Origin: Lama glama
Taxonomy: Eukaryota
DNA length: 64,000 nt
Assembly: GCA_028534125.1 (NCBI GenBank)
Contig: CM052816.1
Span: 62,436,001 to 62,500,000 of the forward strand
Direction of reading: 5' to 3'
The position numbers and the translations under genes were made by a program. Of the stretch, positions 24,721-38,069 are shown piece by piece; position 1 is the stretch's first letter; the number at the start of each line of letters is the position of its first letter. The notes beneath the pieces are model-generated. The model was not told the origin of the DNA. It saw only the letters and a program-made list of their open reading frames with translations, and searched no databases.

Positions 24721-26069
24721 CTTTAGTTCCTTGTCCCTGAAGAATGAGTCCATTTCCTGTTAGGTTGATACCCTTGACAAAGGTTTCTCCCTATTTGACT
24801 TCAAAGCATTATATATTGCCTCCTTTCATAAGAGCTACAGTATCCTACCTCCAGTAGATATGCTGCAAATATTGTTGAAAGTAACAAAATTTTTGTCCTT
24901 TGTGAGTTTATAATCACAAACTTTCTACAGTTATTTCCATTAACACTAGGAATAATATCTTTTCATAGTTGGGATTTTACCAAGGTTGTCTATTTGGTTT
25001 TCTTGATGAAGGACTGATGTAATTAATGCATGTTGTCTTGGGCTATCTTGACGACTATGTTAAATTATTCCCCTGCTTTCTGAGGATAGTTTCTGGGACA
25101 CATAATATCTCCTTCAAATACAAATTGATTTATACTTAGTACATTAAAGAAAGTACTTTCAACTTAGCAATAAAAATCTGAGTTCACAGAGTCTAAAAAT
25201 TTAACATTGAAGCAGAAACCCGAGTCCCTTATTGCAAGGAAACTTTGTCCTATTTTATCTGTGCTGTTTCATTAAAAGGAACATAAATGTTATTGTTAGC
25301 AGTGCAACTAGAAATTTTTATGAGCCTGGTAATATTGCGAAAAGACTCACTCAGACTGTTTAAGCTCCAGAATTCTAATTAATCTGAAGTTTATGGAGAA
25401 ATTGATTACCAAAAGACTTGATGACACAATTTTGAGCCTAAATATATTAGACAAGAACATAAAGGACTGGTCTAGGAGAAAGGGCTGACAAAACTGACAA
25501 CATCAGCTTGCCTGAAGTTGCTCTCACTGTGGTTTACTTCTGGACCAGTAAACTGGATAAATGACACTAGGATACAAATGATTGCATTGATGCAGTTCTG
25601 CACAGCATGTCTGAGGTTTCATGGAGGTGATTCTGATGTTCAGTACTCATAGTGGGGTGCATGGACTGAGCAATCTGCAAGGTCAGAAAAGCAGAGAAAT
25701 CGTGTATTGCTGCTTTTTACTTTTTGGCAGGGGAAAAGACTAAAATAAGTTATTGCCTGCTGTCACCATGGTTATAGAACAGCATGCTCTATTTCTTAGT
25801 CGCTAAGGCATGTGGTGTACCTACCCATGGCCTACCACATTATATATTTTTTTTTAATTTTTAACTTCAGGAAATTGAGGTTATGAAAAAAAGTCTCAAA
25901 ACACTATTGCCAGACTCCCCATTAGACCACACACTCCGGAGCCAGATAGAATGCATCCGATTCCAGCTCTGACAACCTATGGGAAATTTGGGAAAGTATG
26001 TAACCTCTCTTTGGCTCAGTTTATTCAACTTTAAAATACAGAATGAAAAGATTTCTGATTTCAAACATG

Positions 26070-28530
26070 ACCTAAAATTGGGATTAGACAATTTCTGTCA
26101 TAGTAAACAAATATAATACTAGAAAAATGTGTGAAGCATCTGCTTTTGGGTATTGGACAGGACCCAGTAACAGACAGTAGAATGCTATGGTTCTTGAGTG
26201 AAGAAAAACAGTTTACTTCTTGGGGGCACTTTCCAAACTGCGGTACTTCTAAGTGGAACCCAAACAAAAACTAAGAGTTTAGTTGTGCAAAAGAAGCAGA
26301 GATAGGATTTGGGATTGCTGAGGTGAACGGAATTTGGAGGGCAGAAGATTAGAAGGAGCTATGCAGACAATAAGGTACAGAAATCTGCACATGGATCTTG
26401 AATATTTGGCTAAATACTCAGCTGTGTTAAGGTCAGAGCAAGACTCCGTGGGACTTGGAAAAATGTAGCTATTGGGGGACTGTGAGCTGAACATAAATTC
26501 TAGATATTACATTGTTCTGGGAGACACTGGGATTGAAATTAGTGTAGAGACTTCACTGAAAACCCTGGAATTCCATTGATAGCACTGAAAAGCTAGACCT
26601 TAGAAGTAGGGCTAATCTCATCTTTGAGTGAGGGATGCCCTAGACGCTCCCCCAAAGCCCACCGCAGTGTTTCAGGAGGACCAAGTTGATCCATCCGTAT
26701 ATGAACCACATGACACTAGGTAAAGTCAGATAAATTCCAGCTCTCAAAAATGCATCATTCAAAATGCTTGGCACACAATAGAAATCAAGAATATTTAATC
26801 TATAACCAGGAGAATAAATTATCAATAGAGATAGAGCTAGAGATGACACATGTGTTGAAATTAGTACACAAAGACTTTAAAACTGCTGTTAAAAAATGTC
26901 CAAGGATTTAAAAGAAAATATGGTCATAATGTTAATATAGGGGGAATCTCATCAGAGAAATGAAAACTATAAACTAAACCAAAGAAACATTATTGAAAGA
27001 AAAGAATATAATAATCTGAAATGAAAATGTCCTGAATGTACTTCCAAAGGTACATTAGATACTACGGAAGAAAGGTTCATGAAACTTGCAGGCAGGTTAA
27101 TAGAAACTATTCAAAATGAAGCACAGTAGAAAATAAAAAAGACACACAAAAAAATGAAAAGAGACTCAGAGACCTTTGGGACAATATTAGGTGGTCTTAC
27201 ATACATGGAATTTGAGTCCCAGAAAGAGAGGAGAAAGAGAGTGAGGCTGAAAAAAATTTGAAAAAAATTAATGATCAAAATTATCCAAGTTTGATAAAAA
27301 TTATCTACCCACAGACTCAAGGCATTTAATAAATCCCAAAGAGGTTAAACATAAGGAAAACGCACTTAGGCACATTGTAGTCAAATGGCTGAAATTCAAA
27401 AATGAAAGTGAAATTTTAAAGAAACTAGAAAAAAAAGGCAATTTACATATATCAGAGAACAACAAAAATGATCCATACTTTTCATCAGAAATAACGCAAG
27501 CCAAAAGACATTGGAACTACACTGTTCAAGTCCTGAAAGAAAAATATCAGCATAGATAGAATCAGGTAGATCAGATCAATGTAACAGAGGAGAAGATCCT
27601 GAAACAGACCCAGACCACAGCTAAACTGTCAGGTTTCAACAAAAGCATTACAGCAATTCTGTAGAGGAAAGGAAAGTCCTTTTTCCTTTTTGCTAAATAA
27701 TGATAGAGCAACTGAATTGCTATATGAAAGAAAAAAAAACGTTGACACCTACCTGACACTTAAAAAAAGAAAAATGTCAAGAGAATCATAAACCAAAACA
27801 TAAAATTTAAATCTATAAAGTTTCTTGAATAAAACATAGGAGAATATCTTCATTACCTCAATGCAGGGGAAGTTTTCTTATACAGAACACCATAAGCATT
27901 CACCCTGAAAGAAAAAAAATTAGGCCTCATCAAAATTCAAAACATACTGATTAAAACACTCCATTAACACAGTGAATAGTTAAGCCACACACAGGAAGAA
28001 AATATACACATTACATATCTCTGAGGATAATGGTAAAATAATTCTTGCCTTTCATTAATAATAATACAAAACAGCCTCAATTAAACATAGGCAAACAACA
28101 GACATTTCACAGTGGAAGTATACAAATGGTCAGTAAGCTAATGAAAATATGCTCAATATCATTATTTAGCAGGGAAATACAAATTAAAAGTGAAATATGA
28201 TATCACTGCATACTCATAAGCATGGATAAATTTAAAAAGGGTAGAAACAACAAAATATTGGTGAGCATGTGGGACAACTGCACAATACAGTGTCTGTGGG
28301 AAGGTTAAATGATACAGTCACTTTGGGAAAATGTCTGGCAGTTCCTATAAACTGAAACAAACACCTAACCTATGGTCTGACAATTCTAATCCTAGTCCAA
28401 AAGAATTGAAGTCATATGTTCACAAAAAGATTTGTACAAGAGTATTGACAGCAGCTTTATTCATAATAGCTCAAAACTGGAAATAACACAGATGTCTATC
28501 AATAAGAAAATGGGAAGACAAATTGTGGTG
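26070..28530 (+). mobile_element. Old L1 (ORF1 and ORF2 remnants), preceded by MIR at 25860-26070
   Basis: ORF1-like CTCAGAGACCTTTGGGACAATATTAG...GTCCCAGAAAGAGAGGAGAAAGAG and ORF2 3' text CAGCTTTATTCATAATAGCTCAAAACTGGAAA. Confidence 0.85.
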
Positions 28531-28929
28531 TATTCCAATGCTCTCCTCATTTAATGTAGTTCTAGTGGTACTGTATTAATATTTACCCCACGGAATACAT
28601 TTCAGAATGTTAGGGGTTATACTTCACATTGCACAGAATGAGACTTTCCTGGTATTATTCAGTTCTGCTCTTTAAAAAGGCACTGCAGCTGTTTCTACTC
28701 ATGAAACCTCTTGACGCTCTGCAAATTCCCCATCTGTGGTTTCCCTGCCAGCTGACTTCTAAATGGCTGCAAGTTTTCCTTTCCATCTAATTATCTAGAA
28801 TTTTAAATACAAGTAATTAATCCCTTGATCAAATAGTATAGAATTAGACTACTTTGATTGTTCCCTTCCCTCAAGAGATTGTAAGCTTCCACAGAATATA
28901 ACATTTAAAGCACATTTAAACAGAACATA

Positions 28930-29700
28930 AAGCGGTTTTGGAGTAATACCCTCAAAATCCATAACCCAAAGCATTTATCTGATGAAACCAAACAAAAATG
29001 ATCTTTTGCTGAATTCTTCAGGGAATTGCTTCATCTACAGAACACAGAGATGCCAACGTTTCAGCTAAATGGTAGGATGAAAATACCAGAGAGTTACCTT
29101 ATTCAAGTGACAAACAGAAATCAAACATTATGGTGGTGATAATATTGAACACCAGGGTAATTTATTTTTAAAGGAAATTTTATTTTTTATCCCTATGGCT
29201 TCAGAATAAAACATTCACTGACAGATACTAGTAAGTGAAACGTAAATGGTAAAATTACAGAATTAAAGATGACTGTTTTCAACCTATCATGGATAGTGAG
29301 AGTCAGCTTAACATCATTTCTTGGGTCTTAGCTGTTTTCATAGACATTTCAAAGATGAAAGCATCCTATCCCCATTCTTTCTTTTTGGTGGGGGGGTAGG
29401 TAGTTAGGTTTATTTATTTAGTTAGTTTTTTTTAATGGAGGTACTGGGAGTTGAACCCAGATCCCTGTGCATGCTAGCTATGCACTCTACCACTGAGCTA
29501 TGCCCTCCCTCCATCCCCCATGCCCTGAGACATTCTTATAAAGTAGATAGTAGTTCAGAATAACAATCAGGAGAGACTACAATAATTTATTAAATTAGCA
29601 AAAAATAAAGCCACCTTATAATTTGAATTTGCTTTGGTATAATAAGCCCACTTCCTTTAAAAGCTAGATGCAAGAAAATGTCCACCAGTTGGCTGGCAGT
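28930..29700 (+). pseudogene. Probable EBLN-d, C-terminal half, split by a SINE
   Basis: DNIEHQGNLFLKEI ~ TDFESPGKEFMDQI; FIDISKMKASYPHSF ~ FLEVSAKLKEEHADLF. After the SINE: ALRHS (29522) ~ AIRHP; SKK; HQLA ~ TQLA. Confidence 0.55.
29385..29515 (-). mobile_element. tRNA-derived SINE, camelid type
   Basis: GGAGGTACTGGGAGTTGAACCCAGATCCCTGTGCATGCTAGCTATGCACTCTACCACTGAGCTAT, the reverse complement of pol III A/B boxes, with a T-rich tail. Confidence 0.8.
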
Positions 29701-29894
29701 AGCCTCATTACCCTAATTCCACATAATTGCTGTGTTTGATCAAACAAAGCTGAGCTAACACCTGGCTCAGATATTAGTCTGTACTCCCATTTTAGATTAA
29801 AAAAAAAGATAAAAAAGCAGGGTGCACAGACATTCCTTTTTCTTTTTTTCCCCTCCACTGCCTGGAGCATGGGCACTCCATACTCTGTTTATGG

Positions 29895-30392
29895 TGTTGA
29901 ACAGTAACCAATTACTGCAATCTTGGGAAGCTGCAGAGAACAAAGAGCTTCATTTGGGCAGTTTTAGGAATTGCAATTCCAGAGACACAGATTCGGGTAA
30001 ACTGGAAGAGTGTTCCAAGAAAGAGAAAGAGTCAGGGGCTTATAAAGGCAAAAACCATTATGTTCTTAAAGTTGTCTGGCAAAAATTACGATCAACTCTG
30101 ATGCAGGAAAGAAATATTAGTCCTTAAGGGATAGGCTGTCATAAGTTACTTAGGTGAGGATCCAGTAAGTAGGTACTGTTACGAGTTATTTTAGAGTGAG
30201 AGTCTGATAAGTATCTTGAATTTCTGGAGCATCGGGCAGATGTTCTGGAGGCCTGGGTTGATAGTAAGTGGTCAAAATTCAGATTTCATCTGGGCTGAGA
30301 TGTGCATCATTCACACTTCCTCAATGGCCTCTTGGCTCCATAATAGACAGTTGTCTTGGCAAAATCGACTCCATTTTGATTTTCCTTTCACC
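29895..30392 (-). mobile_element. ERV LTR
   Basis: TGTTGAACAGTAACC...CTCCATTTTGATTTTCCTTTCAC, with LTR-like termini and a reversed TATA-like motif. Confidence 0.6.
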
Positions 30393-30394
30393 GT

Positions 30395-32170
30395 GGTCAA
30401 AGAACTCTTAAATTTAGACACCACATCAGATATGCCATCATACTATGAAAGACTTTCAAGAGGCAAGGTTAGCAAGACTCTCCACAATTGTCTTTCAGTC
30501 CTTGGAATTGCTCCTAAAGGAAAAATATATTAAAAAATATATATATATACGTGTATATATATATATGTATATATATATATATTTTTCTAATACATTCCAG
30601 AAGTTGAATGAAATCATCTGTCTCTTTCCTGAAACCTTCCCTGGAATTACTTTTCACGGGAAAACTCCTAATGAGAAGACCTGAATGTAAAGATCCAATT
30701 CTCAAGAAGACCAGGTTTAGAAACAGTAAACAAGAGATATTTATTGCTTCCCCCCATAGAAGGGGGATACTGGAAAATTAATCCAAAAGAGTAATTTTAG
30801 CCTAAAAATATTGTTATCTATACATTTTTATATTCACTAAATAGTCCTAGGTCTTTTGTTTGTTTGCTTGCTTTTGGAGTGCTTTTGCAGGTAAGTTGCT
30901 TTTCCACACACAACATCACTCAGGCAGTAATCTGCCTGATCTTGTTTTTAAACATTCAGTTAGAATAGTTTTTGAAATTCTTCCCTCAAATGCTACACAA
31001 AATTCGCTCATTTAAAGTATCCCCAGAGATTGATTTCAGGAAAAACTAACCTACCCGCCCTCAAATACCCACCCATCCAACCAACCAACAAACCAATAAA
31101 AGTATGTTTATAACCATTAGCCCTTCAAACTTTTAAAAGGCCAATTGCAGCTGTGCCTACATAACACAAAATTGTATAAGAGCTGTTTAGACAAAGCAAT
31201 AAACAAATAACAAAACTAAACAGACAAAAAACACCCTCTTGAACAAATACTGTGTAGTGTAAAGGTCTGACATGAAGTTTTTTATTGTCAAAGCCTCCAT
31301 TTCAAAGACATTTGTCTGGAATAAACACCACCAGCCACGTGACACAGCTACCAGTAAAACAACCTGGCTGCCCCCACCCAGGAAGTTCCCCTGTGCAGAA
31401 AGCCCTGGGTAACCTGGAACTGACTGCTTGAGTGACCCTACGTTTCCCTTCCCGTGCCTTAATTCCCACTCGTACGTTTTCAGTTCCCAAATGGTGGACC
31501 CACAAAACCCTAGACACCCCACTTTCGTACCCCCCAATAAAGGCCCCAGGTTTGCACTCCCCTCCCTCTCCCCTTGATCTCATTGTGTGGCCCTCGGTTG
31601 TGCTGTGTATCTTCTAGTACCTGTGAGTAATAACTATGAGTAATAAATCTTTCTTCAAAGTTTCCTGGTGGTTGCTGCTGAGGTCCATCTTGCAATCATA
31701 GTAAGAACCAGGGGGGCTGGTTCAGCCACAGCATGTCCGTGGGGCCTCTCCACAGCCACAAGTGGTACAGGCGCTGGTGAGTGTCCCAGACATTCCTTAC
31801 TAGCTGAAGACAGCATCACTGTGGCCTCACTTTCGATTGGCTGAGACAGATGGGAAACATACCCCTATAGAAGTTTGTGTCTCTTGTTTTTTCCAAAAAA
31901 ACAAAAGGCAGAGACTGACAGGAAAAATACCCTTAGTGAAGTTTGTTTCTATTTTTTTCCCCAGAAGTCAAATCAAAGAAGAAAGTTTTTAAATAGTACA
32001 CTGAATTTTATGCAAAAATTCAAAACAAAACAAACCTGCTTTGAGTATGTGTCTTCATTGTTCCAGTAACCGTCATAGAGAAATCTTTCATTGTTTGACA
32101 AATATGAGTTAAGAATCTAACAAATTTATAAATGCCATACATCTGTGAACACATCTTTTTTAGACACTTG
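30395..32170 (+). pseudogene. EBLL-e, pre-motif A to motif D region, split by (TA)n and an LTR
   Basis: VVKELL..DMPSYYERLSRGKV..LSVLGIAPK ~ LVNALI..NIPALLEPFYRGAV..LTVLVPK; TQAVIC ~ LQAPIC; FQEKLTYPP ~ IQDRFNPP; CLHNTK../FRQ ~ CAVGTK..MRQ. The part after 31860 is weaker. Confidence 0.7.
31255..31850 (+). mobile_element. ERV LTR
   Basis: TG..CA-bounded block with AATAAA signals (31536, 31642) and typical U3/R text. Confidence 0.6.
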
Positions 32171-32189
32171 ACATATTTTGTATTTTTAC

Positions 32190-33440
32190 ATCTTTTATTT
32201 GAGGTATCATTGACATATATTATATCAGTTTCAGGTGTACAATATAATTTATTTGATATTTGTATGTCCTGCAAAATGATCATCAAAATAAGTATAGTTC
32301 CCTTCTGTCACCATACAAAGTTACAAAAGAGGCAATGTCATGTCATTGACTAGTCACTCTGCTGTCCACTACATCCCTGTGACATTTACTTTATGATTAG
32401 AAGTTTGCATCTCTTGACCCCCCTTCACCCATTTTGCTAAACCACCCCCCAACACCCCTCCTGTTTGGCAATCACCATGCTGTTCTCTGTATCTATGAGT
32501 TTTGTTTTATTTTGTTTGTTCATTTGTTTTGTTTTCTAGAGTGCACATATAAGTGAAACCACATGATTTTTGTCTTTCTCTGTCTGACATTTCATTTAGC
32601 ATAATACCCTCTAGGTCCATCCATGTTGTTGCAAATGGCAAAATTTCATTCTTTTTTTATGGCTGAGCAGTATTCCACTGTGTATATATATACCACATCT
32701 TCTTTATCCATTCATCCACTGATGGACACTTAGGTTATTTCCATATCTTGGCTATTGTGAATAATGCTGCCATGAACCAGGTGTGCCTATATCCTTTTAA
32801 ACTAGCATTTTCATTTTCTTCAGATAAATACTCAGAAATGGAATCGCTGGGTCACATGGTAGTTCTGTCTTTAGTTTTTGAGGAAATTTTATGTTTTCCA
32901 TAGATTTGTATTAATTTACATTTCCATCAACAGTTCACAAGGGTTTCCTTTTCTTTACATTCTTGCCAACACTTCTTATTTCTTCTGTTTTTGATGATAG
33001 CCATTCTGACAGGTGTGAAGTGACATCTCATTGTGGTTTTGATTTGCATTCCCCAATGAATATAACGTTGAGCATCTTTTCATGTGCCTGTTGGCCATCT
33101 CTACGTCTTCTTTGGAAAAATGTCTATTCAGCTCCTCTGCCCATTTTTTAATCAAACTGCTTGTTTTTTTTGTTATTGAGCTGTATGACTTCTTTATATA
33201 TTAACCCCTTATAGGAGATATATATATATATATATATCCCATTCAGTAGGTTGCTTTTTCACTTTGTTAAAGGCTTTCTTTGCTGAGCAGAAGCTTTTTA
33301 GTTTCATGTAGTCCCACGTGTTTGCTTTCACTTTTTCTGTCCTTGCTTTTGGAGTCAAACCCCAAAAAACCATCACCAAGACCAATGTCAAGGAGTTCAC
33401 TGCTTATGTTTTCTTCTGGGAATTTTATAGTTTCAGTATA
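32190..33440 (-). mobile_element. L1 3' region (ORF2 end and UTR)
   Basis: TCCATCCATGTTGTTGCAAATGGC...CATTCATCCACTGATGGACACTTAGG; ORF 33209(-) WDYMKLKSFCSAK. Confidence 0.9.
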
Positions 33441-33729
33441 AACACAACTTAATACCACATACCAGAAACACCGACATGCCCAGAATTTACCTTAAGGGTA
33501 TTTTAATTTTTAATCAATCTCTAGAATACAGTGTGTTGGAGGAGGGTTGCCTCATTGCATTTCCACCTTTTAAAATGTACATACTTATTATTAATTATAA
33601 AAATAGCACAACCACATTTCAAAAATTTTGGATGAATTTAAAAAAACATTCATAATTATTCAGTTCAACAAAATGAAAGTATCACACATTTCAAAAGAAA
33701 GAAAAGAAAATCTCTTTTCCATGGAAAAT

Positions 33730-34000
33730 GAGGAGGGTCACCCTTTCTCTGAAGAACACTTACACCAACAGAGCACCTCATAGCTTATCTCATAACGTCA
33801 CTCCTGTATGTTGGCAATGCTGACAAGCCACCAGTCCGAACATCTTTTTTGTACTATTATCCCCACCTGCTGGCACTTTGGGATATTGTCCCCCAAAAGC
33901 CTCTGAAGGCAGAAAGCACTATGTTGTGTTTTCACAACTATTAATTTAAATTGTTGAAGACTGTTTCTACTTGATCCCAAGTAACAGACACCAGCCGTTA
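33730..34000 (+). pseudogene. EBLG-e, N-terminal G fragment
   Basis: TPTEHLI (33762) ~ TPTENVI; PPVRTSFLYY ~ PAVHTSCLKY; TCWHFG ~ TYWGFFG; DCFY ~ NWFY. Confidence 0.7.
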
Positions 34001-34429
34001 TTGAAACCTTATAATCTTCACTCATTTTATCTTCATTTTTTTATGCACTGTTTAGTATTTTGTAATCTTCCCTGTACAACGTTTGTCAACCTATTTCTAT
34101 CACTTTTGAATTCTCATCATTTTGCCTTCCTTCCTTCCCTAAAGTCAAAACTCCTTGAAGGAAAATATGCACTTTTTCTTGTGCTTAATTAACAATGCTG
34201 ACTGACTCACTGGTCCAAAAATAATATTTTAAGCAACATAAAGAGAACGCTAGTATTTCAGTGCAACATAGTACTTGCTGTGCCTTCTTGGAGCTGAATA
34301 TTCCCTATCACATCTCTGTGACTTGGCCTCTTCATGTATGAAGGCAGCTGTCAACTGGATCTCCCGGCTAAACTGCAAACTTACCTAGCCTCTTACAATC
34401 AGCAGCTCGCTGCTCTTCCTCCTCGTTAA

Positions 34430-34863
34430 AACTGAACCTGCTGCTTCTTGGTTTCCCTCCCTTTCACTCCTCATCCCACAGCAATCTGATTTCTATCCCC
34501 ACTGCTCCTTTAAAGTTTTTCTTGCCAGGGCACCTAGCCAGTGCCTCCTTGCTAAACCCAATAAGCACTATTCAATCCTTCCTTACTGTGACCTCTTGGA
34601 ACCACCCTGTACTGTGGACTATGTTTCCCTTCCTTGGACTACTTCCTCTCTGGTTTTCACAGTGCAATACTTTTCTGCTTTTCCTCTGGCCTCCCTGGCA
34701 CCTCTTCTTTATGTCCCCTAACTCTCCTTCCTCCTCAGGTGTTCCTTAGGTATATTTCCTGTGCTTTCTGACCTCATGCACCAAATATCGTTTAGGCCTT
34801 TGTATATGGATGATTTCTAAACTGAATTGGTAGTCTAGTTTTCTTTCTGAGTCAAAGACATTT

Positions 34864-34931
<68 letters not shown>

Positions 34932-35700
34932 ATGTAAATGACTTTACTAATTCATTCATTCATTCATTCATTCATTCATTCATTTAATAAATTATTGATT
35001 CAGGCATTTTCACTTACATGTCTCATGGGCAAATCAAATTCACCACACCCCAAATGGATTACCTCCTCTCCAAACTGTCATGTGTATTCCTCATCTTGGT
35101 GAATGATTTCACCCTCTGTGCTGATGCCTAAGCCAGAAACCTAACCTTCACACCTTTTTCCCCCATACTCTCCCATTTAATCAATTATCAAATGAATTCT
35201 ATTTCCCAAACCTATCTCCAGTTCACCCAGTATTTTCTGTCCTCACTCCTACTTCTTAGTTTCAGCATTATCTTCTTTTTTCTTGGATTACTGTTCACTG
35301 TCTTATTCCCGCTGATCTATCACCACATGGTTAAAAGGGTCATTTTCTAAAAGGAAAATATGACTATGTCACTGCCACATTTAAGATCATTTAAAGCTTT
35401 ACGCTGCCTTTGAGATAAAGTCTAGAATGTTTAACACAGTTAACAAAGTCCTGCTAACTCTTTGGCCTAAACTCGCCATTTCTTCCAGCACACTCCGTGC
35501 CCATCACACTGTGAATGGGAGCTCTGTGAAGGGGGTATGCTCTGTAACCTCTAGTAGCTGTACGTGCTGACCCCTGCCCCCAGAATACACTTGCTCATCA
35601 GCTCTTTATTTCTGAGTTTCAGACTGGGCTTTACTTTCTTAAGGGGAGATCTTCCCTAAAAACCCCACCTCCACTCCCTGCCAGGGCTCTTCTCCCACCT
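34430..35700. mobile_element. LINE-2 fragments
   Basis: CAATCTGATTTCTATCCCC..., CAAGCCAGAAACCT-like text and GATAAAGTCTAGAATG. Confidence 0.7.
34861..34984. repeat. (TTTC)n followed by (TTCA)n microsatellites
   Basis: Directly visible tandem tetranucleotides. Confidence 0.95.
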
Positions 35701-35719
35701 CTGACTACTATGTCCCAAG

Positions 35720-36540
35720 ATATGTCCCAAGACTTCCAGTGGATGCCTGAAACCACAGACAGTACCAAACCTTATTTATACCATATTTTTTCCTACATAT
35801 ATACACTTACACGATAGTTCAATTTATAGATTAGGCACAGTACGAGATTAACAATAATAATTGCTAATAAAATAGAACAACTATACTAATCTACTATAAT
35901 CAAAGTTGTGTGAATGTGGTCTCTCTCAAAGTATCTGACTGCACAAATTTAATTCCTTTTCCATCTTAACTAAGCACTTACCATGCAGTCATGCCCTGTG
36001 GCCATAACTTTTGCAGTTTGGGGTACAAGAGCAACACTTGCACACATTTCTTTTTCCTTCTTCAGAGTCTCATGAATAAAAGACTCGTTCTAACCATAGA
36101 TCTTAGCAACCCCAGCATACGATTTTTTTCTTTCCTTATTTAGTCAAGAACTTTCGTTCTCTCAGGTAAGGGAAACAATGTATGGCTTCCCTTTGGTACA
36201 TTTGAATTGCCAGTATCACTACCCCAGTGCTTTGGGGCCATTATTAAGTAAAATAAGGGTTTACTGATCATAAGAATCAATACTGAGGCAGCAGATCTGA
36301 TAACCAAGATGACTACTAAGTGACAAATGAACGGGAGGTGGTGGACAAAGGGATGGTTCACATCCTGGACTGGACGGAGTGGAATGTCTCCAAATTTAAT
36401 TATGCTACTCAGAATGGCATGCAATTTTAAACTTATGAATTGTTTATTTCTAGAATTTTCCATTTAATATTTTCAAACTGAAGTTGACGTCACGTAACTG
36501 AAAGCATGGAAAGCAAAACCATGGATAAGGGGGGCTTGTT
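35720..36540. mobile_element. Tigger2/MER8-like TcMar DNA transposon
   Basis: CAGTGGATGCCTGAAACCACAGACAGTACCAAACC...GTAACTGAAAGCATGGAAAGCAAAACCATGGATAAGGGGG. Confidence 0.85.
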
Positions 36541-37098
36541 TGATCCCTCCCATAGCACTGACGGTGCTCTCCGCTGGATTGCAAGCTCCTTACAGGCAGG
36601 GACTGGGCCTTGTTATATCCTAAGCCTACGTACAGTGCCTGGCGTAGAGGGGGCACACGTTGAATAGCTGTCTCCAGCTGAGTTAAGTCATCTGAAAGAG
36701 GAAAGCAAATGTACATTTTTTCAGCCTTGTTAGGGATTCTGAGGCTTTCTCGGGTCATTTCTGTGGATACGCCTGTTCCACACTTCTTACTTCCCTCTGA
36801 GAGGGAACTCTTGGGATCACATGCCTGCAGGGCCAGGCCGGGTGCTGACAGCCGCCCACTGGCTCTCCTGAGGTGGTGCTGTACACACAGAGATGTGTGC
36901 TCTCAGTCCTGCAGACTTAGTCTGGTTTCTGCCGGGTCTCACTAGTGGTCTGCAGAGGCTCAGTCTTGCTGTCCTGAGGGGCGAGCACAGGGAGCTGGCC
37001 ACTGGGTGGGGGTGTGTGGGTAAGGAACCCAGAGTGCTGGGGGTGCCTGTGGGCCAGGTGGGGAGATTCACAGGCTGGAGTCCCCGGGGGCCCATGGA

Positions 37099-37677
37099 TG
37101 AACTTCCTGATGGAGTCCATGAAGTGGTTAGTAGGATCTGCATCCCCTTGATATGTACGATTCTGAGTTCCAGCCACTGTTCTACCAGCTGTGGGGTCTC
37201 CAGACATCTGGTAGATTCCTGCTCCAAGGCCCCTCAGGTGCCTGGCTGCTGCCCTTTATAGATAACAAAGACCAGTACTTTCCTAATACATACCTGCCTT
37301 AGCTGAGATAATGATCGTCTATACAATGCCTGGAAGCCTGACCACCAGGACTGCTTATAACCCCCTACCAAAATCTTTAGCCCTACCCTTTCACAACTCC
37401 CTCCCTTCCCTGCTACCTCAACATCAACCAATCAGAATTGTGCACGAGCTGATCACATACCCTGCGCAGCCCTTTGTGTCCAATGTCACAAGGAGTTAAA
37501 GGTTACTGTCCCTTATAAAAAACTTCAGCAACCGACCCTTGGGGCACATAGACACCTCTTGTGGCCGCCGTTGCCTATAGCAGCATATCTAATAAATTTC
37601 TTTGCTATCTTCCTCCTTTGTCTCTGGAAAATTCTTTTATCGCCCGTGCACTGGCCCGCCAAATCCCACACCAGCCA
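37099..37677 (+). mobile_element. ERV solo LTR, inverted relative to 15150-15786
   Basis: CCAAT at ~37428, TATAAAAA at ~37515, AATAAA at 37591. High similarity to the reverse complement of 15150-15786. Confidence 0.85.
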
Positions 37678-38069
37678 CTTACTGTCCCCCTAGTCAGGCA
37701 GCTCCTGACTCAGTACTCTGGATGGGGCCAGAGAGAGATGGGCCTCATGGGCAGGGTCCCACACAGCTGAAGAAGCCAGGTGCTCCCTCACACTTTCTTC
37801 TCTGGGAGAAATTGCAGGAGAAGGCTGCTTCCGACACTAGGCTGTGCTGTCCACGGGGACAGGGGACTGTTCTTCTTACCCTCCTCAATATATCCAGCCT
37901 CAAATTATTTTTTGTTTTTTTCCTCTAATGGTGTGCTGGGTCTTCTGCTAGACTTCCAGATTTCCACCAAGTGCCTCTTGTCCATAGATGATTGTCAAAA
38001 TTGATGTTCTTTGGAGCATGGTAGAAAACTCTTATTTTGCCATGTTGATGACATCATTCCCAGGGTTTC

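Larger units (their letters stand above)
23520..28900 (+). pseudogene. EBLL-d, capping (PRNTase) domain to C-terminal region, split by MLT, MIR and L1
   Basis: SLF..NI..LSL ~ ALF..NV..LSI; ELLGITS ~ DLVGVTM; AHLFWKGP/AYLGRWT (to 24040) ~ HHLTTRGD..YLGSNT (GxxT); LHRQP (24218) ~ THRLP (HR motif); VESNKIFVLCE ~ IDSEEFVLACE; CCLGL ~ YCLGI. After the L1: VRGY..PGII ~ HRGF..PGVI, and CKFSF ~ CKALF. Confidence 0.85.

Noticed and set aside
34861..34984. Tandem repeats as a CRISPR-like array
   Set aside because: Simple microsatellites without spacers, in eukaryotic DNA.
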